Assembly (NCBI GenBank): GCA_041489155.1
Contig: JBGPQP010000010.1
Span: 1-43,308 of the forward strand
DNA from: Candidatus Aenigmatarchaeota archaeon
Lineage (GTDB): Archaea > Aenigmatarchaeota > Aenigmatarchaeia > QMZP01 > QMZT01
DNA: 43,308 nucleotides
Direction: 5' to 3'
This document shows, piece after piece, positions 27,290 through 35,242 of the stretch (position 1 is its first letter; each line of letters opens with the position of its first letter). A program made the translations under genes and the position numbers. The notes under the pieces are model-generated. The model made no database searches, was not told the origin of the DNA, and was given only the letters and a program-made list of their open reading frames with translations.

Positions 27290-27425
27290 TGCCCCGGCCG
27301 GGATTCGGACCCGGGTCACCGGCTTTCTTCGTGAAGTCATTGCTCCGCAAAGCGAAACTCTTACCTTTCGAGCTTCCGAAAAGCACCCGAAAGGCCGGTA
27401 TCCTTGGCCTCTAGACTACCGGGGC
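27290..27425 (-). tRNA. tRNA-Glu(TTC) with a 63-nt canonical 37/38 intron (27325-27387)
   Basis: GCCCCGG/CCGGGGC-A; CCGGC-CT-TTC-G|intron|A-GCCGG; BHB CTTT/GAAG with a GTG/CAC helix. Confidence 0.92.
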
Positions 27426-27462
27426 ATGATATTACATTAAACGCACACTCTTATTTATAAGA

Positions 27463-27837
27463 TTAAATTTCTATCTCCCTCGAACTGAGCCATTCTGATG
27501 CAGCAGAGCTTTCTTCCTGAAGAAAGGCGCTCAGTCTCCTTTCCCTGTAATCCCCGCTCAGGATCTCCCTGAAAAGGGATTTCATATCGCCAAAGCTTAC
27601 GTACTTCTGATGCACCACTCCGCTTGCCTGTCCGCCGAATATCTCGCGCAGGGCTTTCGCATGTATCCTCATATCTTTGATTTTTTTCCTGATCGTCGCG
27701 TAGGCCACTTCCCTTCCGCTGAGTCTGTAGAGCAGGCCTCTTAAATCTGCAAGCGGGTAATGGCGGTTAAGAAGCGCCTTGCCTCTGTAGATATCCGTCA
27801 ATACGTCTCTTCTGTGGAAATCTTTTTCCGTTTCCAT
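27463..27837 (-). CDS. Hypothetical protein inside the tRNA cluster
   Basis: 124-aa ATG ORF (METEKDFHRR...) filling the gap between tRNA-Val and tRNA-Glu. Confidence 0.6.
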   Translation of the reverse strand: METEKDFHRRDVLTDIYRGKALLNRHYPLADLRGLLYRLSGREVAYATIRKKIKDMRIHAKALREIFGGQASGVVHQKYVSFGDMKSLFREILSGDYRERRLSAFLQEESSAASEWLSSREIEI

Positions 27838-27851
27838 AATATAAGAAAGCA

Positions 27852-27924
27852 TGGGTCCGGCCGGAGTCGAACCAGCGATCTTCTGCACGTCAAGCAGACG
27901 TCATAACCACTAGACCACGAACCC
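27852..27924 (-). tRNA. tRNA-Val(GAC)
   Basis: GGGTTCG/CGGACCC-A; TCTGC-TT-GAC-GT-GCAGA; TTCGACT T-loop. Confidence 0.95.
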
Positions 27925-27989
27925 AGTTACACATTATTGTTCTGTCATGTCTTATAAGATTTTTTGCTGAAGCTTTTTAAAAGCTTCCA

Positions 27990-28061
27990 TGGGCCGGGAG
28001 GGAATTGAACCCTCGACCTTCGCCGTGTGAGGGCGACGTCATACCACTAGACCACCAGCCC
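27990..28061 (-). tRNA. tRNA-Val(CAC)
   Basis: GGGCTGG/CCGGCCC-A; TCGCC-CT-CAC-AC-GGCGA; TTCAATT T-loop. Confidence 0.95.
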
Positions 28062-28063
28062 AG

Positions 28064-28149
28064 CGCTGGGAGCAGGATTCGAACCTGCGCAGGCTTTCGC
28101 CCATCCGCTTTCGAGGCGGGCGCCTTGAACCGGGCTCGGCCATCCCAGC
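28064..28149 (-). tRNA. tRNA-Ser(CGA)
   Basis: GCTGGGA/TCCCAGC-G73; CCCGC-CT-CGA-AA-GCGGA; long variable arm GGGC-GAAA-GCCT. Confidence 0.95.
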
Positions 28150-28198
28150 GTGATGCCAAAGCAAGTAATTATTAATAGAACTGTTTTATATTTAACTC

Positions 28199-28399
28199 AT
28201 GAAAGTCTGCGTTCTTTTTTCAGGCAAGACGAAAATTGTGGAAATGCCAAAGGAAGCGAAAGCGATAGATGCACTGCGAAAAATGCGCGTCAATCCAGAG
28301 ACCGTGATAATAAAAAGGAGAGAAGAGATACTTCTGGAGAACGAAACCCTGAAAAACAACGACCGGATAGAGCTGATAAAAGTCGTGTCAGGCGGGTAA
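28199..28399 (+). CDS. Ubiquitin-like sulfur carrier (ThiS/MoaD/SAMP family)
   Basis: 66 aa, beta-grasp pattern, C-terminal VSGG. Confidence 0.9.
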   Translation: MKVCVLFSGKTKIVEMPKEAKAIDALRKMRVNPETVIIKRREEILLENETLKNNDRIELIKVVSGG

Positions 28400-28400
28400 T

Positions 28401-29474
28401 TCAGGCTTCAAGAAAATCATGCACATTTTCTACGAACGCCCTGTATTTTCCTTTTGCTTTGTGATCCTTGAAAGGTTCCCATTCGCGATGGTTCTTGTAA
28501 ACATTATGATCCGCGACAAACCTGTCAATGTATTCCCCCTCCGGCGTCATTATCTGCTGGCAGATGAGATGGTCCGAGGGGGTGACAGTACCTTCCTTGG
28601 TTTTTATTATGCGCGGCATTCCCAGCACAATCCTGCACAACGGCGTTTTGTAATCAGGCGTTCTCCTGTGCTGGATGTCGTAGACACCGAAGCCGTTCAG
28701 TTTGTGCGTGAAAAAATATACCAAGTCGTCTTCCATGTTTTCTCTGCTGGTAGTGATGATCCTTGACCTAAGGACGTCCTGTATCATGGAGTTCGTGAAA
28801 ACGTATCTCTCGAAAGCCTCTCCTCTCAGTTTTTCCCTGTCCGCTTCTTCTATGCTAGTAACCGCCATCCTGGCAATTTTCGTCCATGTGCTTTGCGGTG
28901 TTTTATAATCGGTCGCCAGAAGCCTTATGCAGCAATTCTTGCCAGGCACATAAACAGTTGTGTTTGCCTGCATGCTGTCAGGGGAGTGGCACGGCCCTCC
29001 GTGAACCCATTCGTATCTGGCTATTTTTTCTTTCTGTAATTTCAGTTCACCGAGAATCCGCTTGTCGCCTGAGAGCCACCTTTCCAAAAATGTAATCATG
29101 TGCTTCCTCAGCTGGTTATAGTCGGTGAAATGTTCTGTGATCTTGTCGCTTATCTGATAAGAGGACAAAACGCGTTTGGCAAGCTCCTCCAGAACAGTCA
29201 TGCCATCTTCCTTTCTACGTGAGAGCTCTTCGCGCATCCTAGCGGAGCCTACCTTTTTCAGCTCTGCGCCGTTCAGCTCTGTGCCGCAATCCGAGGCCCC
29301 GGTGAGCATGAAATATATCTCCGGTGTTGTGAGCTCGGGCAGTATTTCTCCAGGGCTCAGCCCTTCCTTGAAAAGATATGAAACATGATTGAACCTTTCG
29401 TCCAGATACTCTCCGAGTTTTCTTTCAAGGGGCTTGTCTCTCATCATTTTTTTTAATTTTTTGTCTTTTGACAT
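28401..29474 (-). CDS. Hypothetical protein with a degenerate RelA/SpoT synthetase-like C-terminal domain
   Basis: Ordered motifs YKTPQSTWTK, IQDVLRSRII, PDYKT, QQIMT and ADHNVYK. Confidence 0.6.
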   Translation of the reverse strand: MSKDKKLKKMMRDKPLERKLGEYLDERFNHVSYLFKEGLSPGEILPELTTPEIYFMLTGASDCGTELNGAELKKVGSARMREELSRRKEDGMTVLEELAKRVLSSYQISDKITEHFTDYNQLRKHMITFLERWLSGDKRILGELKLQKEKIARYEWVHGGPCHSPDSMQANTTVYVPGKNCCIRLLATDYKTPQSTWTKIARMAVTSIEEADREKLRGEAFERYVFTNSMIQDVLRSRIITTSRENMEDDLVYFFTHKLNGFGVYDIQHRRTPDYKTPLCRIVLGMPRIIKTKEGTVTPSDHLICQQIMTPEGEYIDRFVADHNVYKNHREWEPFKDHKAKGKYRAFVENVHDFLEA

Positions 29475-29552
29475 AATTTTATCATGTTTCGGTAGTTAAT
29501 AAATCTTGCGATGACCGCCCACGCTTTTATATCACTCAGGCCTTCTCTAATT

Positions 29553-30497
29553 ATGATCACGGAGAGGGCGGTTTTCGGCTGCACGAGATGCGGTAAAAAG
29601 GCGATCCACCACAGGAAATACGAGGGCTCCCTGCTGTGCAGGCGGCATTTTCTGGCGAGCGTCGAGGACAAGGTCAGGCGCACGATACGTAAGAGCCGCA
29701 TGCTTGAACGCGGCGATATTGTCGCTTTCGCGCTGTCCGGCGGTAAGGACTCTTCGGCGGCGATGTACATGCTGAAAAAAATGTTCGGCGGGAGGAAGGA
29801 TCTTAAGTTCTTTGCGATAACCATCGATGAAGGCATCCCCGGCTATCGCGACGAGAGCCTGCGCATCGCGAAACGCCTGTGCAAGAAGCTGTGCGTCAAA
29901 CATCATGTTTTTTCCTTCAGGGAAGAGTTCGGCAAATCCCTGAGCGAAAAGGTCAAGGAAACAAGGAAATCGGATCGTTGGGAGGGCACGGCCTGCACGT
30001 ATTGTGGGCTCGCGCGCCGCTGGCTGCTGAACAGAAAGGCGAGAGAACTGGGGGCGAATAAAATCGTTTTCGGCATGAACTTGGACGATGAAATTCAGGG
30101 TATAGTGATGGATTACGTGCGCGGCGATCTCGTACGTCTCTCGAGGATGGGCGGCGAGCCCATCGTGAAGAACAGGCTCTTCGTAAGGCGAATAAAGCCG
30201 TTCATGGAAATCCCTGAAAAGGAGATAGGCCTTTATGCTTTGCTGTCCGGGCTCGAAATACAGGAAAACGAATGTCCGTACATCGAGGGCCCGCGCTTCC
30301 GCGTGCGCGACTTCCTCAACGACCTCGAAGCCGAGAGCCCGGGCATGAAATTCTCGACCCTCAACACCTTCCACCGCCTGCTGCCATCGGTGAGAGAAAT
30401 CGTTAAACAGGGCGGCGTCGAAATCATCCGCTGCTCCAAATGCGGCGAGCCCAGTTCGCAGAGGGTCTGCAAGACCTGCGAGCTGTGGAGAAAATAG
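29553..30497 (+). CDS. ttuA: tRNA 2-thiolation protein (TtuA/NcsA/Ctu1 family)
   Basis: N-terminal CxxC..CxxH, SGGKDS PP-loop, IDEGI.GYR, CTYCG, CPY and C-terminal CxxC..CxxC. Confidence 0.92.
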   Translation: MITERAVFGCTRCGKKAIHHRKYEGSLLCRRHFLASVEDKVRRTIRKSRMLERGDIVAFALSGGKDSSAAMYMLKKMFGGRKDLKFFAITIDEGIPGYRDESLRIAKRLCKKLCVKHHVFSFREEFGKSLSEKVKETRKSDRWEGTACTYCGLARRWLLNRKARELGANKIVFGMNLDDEIQGIVMDYVRGDLVRLSRMGGEPIVKNRLFVRRIKPFMEIPEKEIGLYALLSGLEIQENECPYIEGPRFRVRDFLNDLEAESPGMKFSTLNTFHRLLPSVREIVKQGGVEIIRCSKCGEPSSQRVCKTCELWRK

Positions 30498-30544
30498 ATT
30501 TCTTAAGGTTTTTAAATACATTTTCACAATTATTTGGTGATAAC

Positions 30545-30979
30545 ATGGTTCAAAAATCTGATCAGAACGAATCAAAAATAATAAAGGACGTGCAGCTACA
30601 CTTTAAAACTCTTGGAAGGGGCACACTGGATATCGGCGACAATACAATACATATTGACCCTCTTGATCAAGAAAATTCCGAAAACCGCGTAAAAGAAATA
30701 ATATTGGAGACTTTTGTCTACGACCACGGCGGGAAAAGGATAACCCATGTTTATGTGAAAAACAACGGCAGCAAGCGTTTTGATTACACGGGAGCGACAA
30801 AAGATCTCCTAAGGAAACTTTTCGTGAATTCATCCGGTTTCATGCGCCCCACAGTGATGGTCGTGCAGGATTACATGGACAAGAAAAAAGACAGGGAAAT
30901 AACATACGGTGAAACTTTTTTCAACTCTCTTAAAAAATATTGCGAAAGGCACAACTTATCTTACAGAGCATCCCTGTAA
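30545..30979 (+). CDS. Hypothetical protein (AT-richer orphan)
   Basis: 144-aa ORF from the ATG at 30545 with a GGTGA SD. Confidence 0.65.
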   Translation: MVQKSDQNESKIIKDVQLHFKTLGRGTLDIGDNTIHIDPLDQENSENRVKEIILETFVYDHGGKRITHVYVKNNGSKRFDYTGATKDLLRKLFVNSSGFMRPTVMVVQDYMDKKKDREITYGETFFNSLKKYCERHNLSYRASL

Positions 30980-31010
30980 AAGTTATAAATACCCTACGCT
31001 TTCTTTTTTC

Positions 31011-31628
31011 ATGAAAGATATAATCCAGCGCGGGGCGGAAGCGATTCTATATCTGCGCGACGGGGAGCGCGGCCAGGAGCTGGTGAAAGAGCGCGTCAGC
31101 AAGGGCTATCGCATCGCCCAGCTGGATGAGAAGATCAGAAAGCAGCGCACGCGCGCCGAGGCGAAACTCATGGAACGCGCGAGAGCGAATGGTGTGCCCG
31201 TGCCAAGAACGCGCATCGAAGACGAGTTCAAGCTCGTCATGGACTACATACAGGGGATGAAGCTCAAGGACGCGCTTAACAAGATGCATGAAGGCGAAAG
31301 GAAAGACGTTTGCGGGAAGATGGGAAAGCTGATAGCGAAGATCCATGAAACTGGAGTGATACACGGCGATTTGACGACGTCGAACATGATACTTTCGAAA
31401 GACAATGAGATCTATCTGATAGATTTCGGTCTGGGCAAGTTCTCTCTTAGCGTCGAAGACAGGGCAGTCGACCTGTTCCTGCTCTACGAGGCCATAAAGG
31501 CGACGCACTTCACCGTCCTTGACGCATGCTGGCAGGAAATAACCAGGGCGTACGCGCAGCATTTCAGCCAGGCGAAAGAGGTGCTGGCGAGAATGGAAAA
31601 GATTAAAAACAGGCGAAGATATAAATAA
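31011..31628 (+). CDS. bud32: KEOPS complex kinase Bud32
   Basis: RGAEA, KER.SK.YR...LD...R..RT..EA, IHGDLTTSNM, IDFGL and VED.AVDL. Confidence 0.95.
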   Translation: MKDIIQRGAEAILYLRDGERGQELVKERVSKGYRIAQLDEKIRKQRTRAEAKLMERARANGVPVPRTRIEDEFKLVMDYIQGMKLKDALNKMHEGERKDVCGKMGKLIAKIHETGVIHGDLTTSNMILSKDNEIYLIDFGLGKFSLSVEDRAVDLFLLYEAIKATHFTVLDACWQEITRAYAQHFSQAKEVLARMEKIKNRRRYK

Positions 31629-31695
31629 CCATTGCTCATATAATGAGTATCTATATACTATAGCAGCTTATTGCAAGCATGTAAGGTGCAAAAAA

Positions 31696-32595
31696 ATGCC
31701 GAGGAAAGCAAAACGCGAGGAATCGAGGGAAGAACTGGAAAAAGCCGAGGACATGGAAGATACGGTGAAGGCGAAGGCTCCCGAGGAAAAGGCTGAACCG
31801 AAACCCGAAGCGGCTAAAACGAAAGGCAGGGCAAAGAAGGCTAAGGTTGAGGAAAAGGACGAAATCATAGAGGAAATCAAAGAGGAAGCGCCTCCCGTTG
31901 TCGCTGCGAAGAAGGAAGTCGAAGAAGTCGCCAAGAGGGTGGAGGAAAGGCTGACAACGTGGATGCCGAGGACGAAGCTCGGGCATGAAGTCGTTAACGG
32001 CAAGTTCAAGGACATCAAGGACCTGCTTTCCAAGGAAGAGATCATTCTTGAGCCACAGATTGTGGATTATCTTGTGCCCGACCTGAAGGAAGAGCTGGTA
32101 TACATAGGCGGCAGCCCGGGCAAGGGCGGCGGCATACGCAGAACGCCGACCAGGATGACGGCGAGGATGCACAAGTCGGGCAGGAGATTCAAGCTCACCG
32201 CGCTCGTGATGGTAGGCAACGGCGACGGCGTCGTGGGCATAGGCAAGGCCAATTCAAACGAGCACAGGACTGCGATAGAGAAGGCGTTGCAGCACGCGAA
32301 GCTGAGCATCATAAACATCCGAAGAGGTTGCGGCTCGTGGGAGTGCAACTGCGGCGGGACACATTCTATTCCCTTCAAGACCGAAGGCAAGGCCGGCTCC
32401 GTGCGCGTGATGCTTCTGCCGACGCCCGTTGGCGTGGGCATCGTCGCGGATGAGGAGACCAAGAAGATGCTAAGGCTCGCAGGCGTAAAGGACGTCTGGG
32501 CCAAAACGTCCGGCATGACCTCGACGAGGATGAACCTTGCATTCGCCATTTTTGATGCTCTCAGGAACCTGAGCAGGACAAAGGGTGACATATGA
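31696..32595 (+). CDS. rps5: 30S ribosomal protein uS5 with a long charged N-terminal extension
   Basis: W.PRTKLG, SGRRFK...VGN.DG.VG.G, RRGCGSWEC, KAGSV...L.P.P.G.G. Confidence 0.95.
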   Translation: MPRKAKREESREELEKAEDMEDTVKAKAPEEKAEPKPEAAKTKGRAKKAKVEEKDEIIEEIKEEAPPVVAAKKEVEEVAKRVEERLTTWMPRTKLGHEVVNGKFKDIKDLLSKEEIILEPQIVDYLVPDLKEELVYIGGSPGKGGGIRRTPTRMTARMHKSGRRFKLTALVMVGNGDGVVGIGKANSNEHRTAIEKALQHAKLSIINIRRGCGSWECNCGGTHSIPFKTEGKAGSVRVMLLPTPVGVGIVADEETKKMLRLAGVKDVWAKTSGMTSTRMNLAFAIFDALRNLSRTKGDI

Positions 32596-33020
32596 TGTTT
32601 GCGGTCGTAAGGATCAGGGGCGGGATTAAGGTGAACTACAAGATAAAGGACACGCTCACGATGCTGAGGCTCACTAGGATAAACCACTGCGTCGTCGTGG
32701 ACAAGGACCCTAGAATCGAGGGCATGATACGCAAGGTTAAGGACTTCGTCACGTGGGGCGACATAAGCGAAGAGACGCTGTCCAAGCTCGTCGCCAGCCG
32801 AGGAAGGATGGAAGGCGACAAAAAGCTCGACGCCAAACAGGCGAAGGATGTTGTTGATGCTTTCAGGAAAAACAAAATCGATGAGGTAAAGGGCTTCAAG
32901 CCGTTATTCCGCATGAGCCCGCCAAGGAAGGGCTACGAGGGAGTGAAAAACCCGTACCCGAAAGGAGCGCTCGGCTACCGCGGCGAGAAGATAAACGAGC
33001 TGCTCGAGAGGATGATGTGA
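32592..33020 (+). CDS. rpl30: 50S ribosomal protein uL30
   Basis: AVVRIRG...DTL.MLRL...NHCV...GM..KVKD.VTWG...FR.SPP.KG...G.LGYRG..IN.LL.RM. Confidence 0.96.
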   Translation: MMFAVVRIRGGIKVNYKIKDTLTMLRLTRINHCVVVDKDPRIEGMIRKVKDFVTWGDISEETLSKLVASRGRMEGDKKLDAKQAKDVVDAFRKNKIDEVKGFKPLFRMSPPRKGYEGVKNPYPKGALGYRGEKINELLERMM

Positions 33021-33425
33021 ATGGCGCACAGGAGAAAAAAGATAGAGAAGGAACGCGGCACGAGGACGTGCGGCTACGGCGGCATGCGCAAGCGGAGAGG
33101 CAAGGGTCATCGCGGAGGCAAGGGCTACGCGGGCTCGAAGAAGCACAGGAAATCATGGCTCCAGAAATACGAGCCCGACCACCTGGGCAAGCACGGCTTC
33201 GTTGCCAAGAGCCATAACAGCATGAAGATCGTGACGACCATAAGCCTCGAGGAGCTCGAAAAGCTCGCAGGGGAAAAGACGGAAATCAACCTCGAAGAGC
33301 TGGGTTTCGACAAGGTCCTCGGCGGCGGCAGGATAACGAAGAAGCTGACGGTTAAGGCATCCGCCTTCTCGCGCCACGCGAAGGAAAAGATCGAGGCGGC
33401 GGGCGGCGAGGCTGTTTCTGAGTGA
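33021..33425 (+). CDS. rpl15: 50S ribosomal protein uL15
   Basis: RG.RT.GYG...RG.G.RGG.G.AG..KH, GK.GF, KVLG.G, FS..A.EKIE.AGG. Confidence 0.96.
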   Translation: MAHRRKKIEKERGTRTCGYGGMRKRRGKGHRGGKGYAGSKKHRKSWLQKYEPDHLGKHGFVAKSHNSMKIVTTISLEELEKLAGEKTEINLEELGFDKVLGGGRITKKLTVKASAFSRHAKEKIEAAGGEAVSE

Positions 33426-33430
33426 GGAGC

Positions 33431-33574
33431 ATGCGAACCGCAAAAAAATGCCCCGTATGCGGCTCTGACGACGTGACTTTGTGGATGGGCGCGAAACTGG
33501 GCGTGCAATATTTCTGCAAGAAATGCAAATATCACGGGCCTCTGGTTATAGAAGAAGGCCGCATTAATGAATAA
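33431..33574 (+). CDS. Small 47-aa CPxCG zinc-ribbon protein (not in ORF track)
   Basis: MRTAKKCPVCGSDDVTLWMGAKLGVQYFCKKCKYHGPLVIEEGRINE*; 5 nt after the rpl15 stop, with a GAGGAG SD. Confidence 0.8.
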   Translation: MRTAKKCPVCGSDDVTLWMGAKLGVQYFCKKCKYHGPLVIEEGRINE

Positions 33575-33678
33575 CCGAATAACGAATAACCAAAACCTAT
33601 TTTAAGAAGCTTATAAATATAATTATCAAATTCGTTAAATCATTTTAACATTTCGAACTGCAAAGCAGAGGTTTTTGC

Positions 33679-35220
33679 ATGGGTCTTGATGATTCGTATA
33701 TTGCCGTGCTGAAGAGACTGCCCGGCGTAGCCGAGCCGATAAAGAGGCAGAGCTTCAAGGAGAAGCTGAAGTGGACTGGAATCGCGCTGCTCATCTATTA
33801 CCTGATGACGCAGATAACGGTCTACGGCATCTCGCAGACCAACTACGACTATTTCAAATATCTCGAAATCCTGCTGGGCTCGACCTTCGGTTCTCTCGTC
33901 ACGTTAGGCATCGGACCCATAGTGACCGCATCGATTATCCTGCAGCTGCTCGTGGGTTCGAAAATAATCCCGTGGAACCTGTCCGAAGAGAAGGGCCGCA
34001 TGCTCTTCCAGGGCACGCAAAAGCTGGCGGCGATATTATTCTGCCTGTTGGAAGGCTATGTTTACGTCGCCTTCGGCGCGATAGCCGCAGCGCCCGGCCT
34101 GCTGCCTGTCGTCGTCCTGCAACTGGCAATAGGCGGATGGATAGTCCTGTTCATGGACGAGGTCGTTTCAAAATGGGGCTTCGGCTCGGGCGTAAGCTTG
34201 TTCATAGTCGCCGGTGTGGCGAAGACCATGGTCATCCGCGCGCTCAACCCGCTAACGTCTGACGGGTCGTTTTCGACAGGCATGCAGAACCCGCCCGCGG
34301 GAGCGATACCCAACGCCGGCGTATTACTCGGCTCTGGCGAACCTCTCGCTGCCTTAATCGTCCTCCTTCCGATAATAGCGACGGTTATAGTTTTCCTGCT
34401 TGTTGTTTACGTCCAGGCTATTCGCGTTGAAATCCCCCTTGCCTTCTCGACCGTACGAGGCTTCGGAAGGCGCTGGCCTTTGAAGTTCCTTTACTCGTCC
34501 AACATCCCCGTCATTCTTATCGCCGCGCTGCTTGCGAACGTGCAGGTTTTCGCCAAAATGCTCTCGCAGTCAGGAGGCAGCTCATGGCTGGGAACGTTCG
34601 ACAACAGCGGCAACCCGACCAGCGGCCTCATCCTATTCCTCACGCATCCGCGCACCACTGCGGTATCCGGCCTCATGATCACCATAGGCCTTTTCGCCCT
34701 TCTCGGAGCGTTTTTCGTTTACTTCGCCAAGAAACCGGGCGGCTTGAAGTTCGTCGTTGGCGCAGGAGTGATAGGCGGCCTGGCATGGTATTTCGGCATG
34801 TCGGCCGCAGGGCTAAGCTCGCTCGTGATCATAAGCCCGATGGACGTCGCCAGGCTATTCACCTACGCGCTCTTCATGGTGGGCGGCTCGATAATGTTCT
34901 CGGTTTTCTGGGTCAGCACCGCGGGCATGGACGCGAAAACCGTCGCAGGACAGATAGAATCGACAGGTATGCAGATACCGGGTTTCAGACGCGACATCAG
35001 GATAATCGAAAAAGTCCTCAACCGCTACATCCCCGCGCTCGCGATACTGGGAGGAGCGGCTGTCGGATTCCTCGCCGCTTTCGCCGACTTCACCGACGCG
35101 CTGGGCACAGGAACAGGCATCCTGCTTTCAGTTATGATAGTCCACCAGCTGTACGAGCAGATCGCGATGCAGCACATGGAAGACATGCACCCGGCGCTGA
35201 GAAGATTCTTCGGGAAATAA
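33679..35220 (+). CDS. secY: Preprotein translocase subunit SecY
   Basis: KLKWT, GSL..LGIGPIVTASIILQLL, SKWG.GSG.SLFI, PLKFLYSSNIPVIL, QIPGFR.D, GTGILL.V.I. Confidence 0.96.
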   Translation: MGLDDSYIAVLKRLPGVAEPIKRQSFKEKLKWTGIALLIYYLMTQITVYGISQTNYDYFKYLEILLGSTFGSLVTLGIGPIVTASIILQLLVGSKIIPWNLSEEKGRMLFQGTQKLAAILFCLLEGYVYVAFGAIAAAPGLLPVVVLQLAIGGWIVLFMDEVVSKWGFGSGVSLFIVAGVAKTMVIRALNPLTSDGSFSTGMQNPPAGAIPNAGVLLGSGEPLAALIVLLPIIATVIVFLLVVYVQAIRVEIPLAFSTVRGFGRRWPLKFLYSSNIPVILIAALLANVQVFAKMLSQSGGSSWLGTFDNSGNPTSGLILFLTHPRTTAVSGLMITIGLFALLGAFFVYFAKKPGGLKFVVGAGVIGGLAWYFGMSAAGLSSLVIISPMDVARLFTYALFMVGGSIMFSVFWVSTAGMDAKTVAGQIESTGMQIPGFRRDIRIIEKVLNRYIPALAILGGAAVGFLAAFADFTDALGTGTGILLSVMIVHQLYEQIAMQHMEDMHPALRRFFGK

Positions 35221-35242
35221 AAAATTATTTAAAAATTAGAAA

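Noticed and set aside
27325..27387. Alternative CTC anticodon exon (CTCGA) inside the tRNA-Glu intron
   Set aside because: The required 33/34 intron has no central helix (CGGC versus CGGA), so there is no splice motif, unlike the Leu case.
29547..30575. Long antisense or alternate-frame ORFs (e.g. 29547-30575, 9235-10197, 41415-42419, 13569-14390)
   Set aside because: Shadow ORFs of well-supported genes, expected from GC-rich third codon positions; no motifs.
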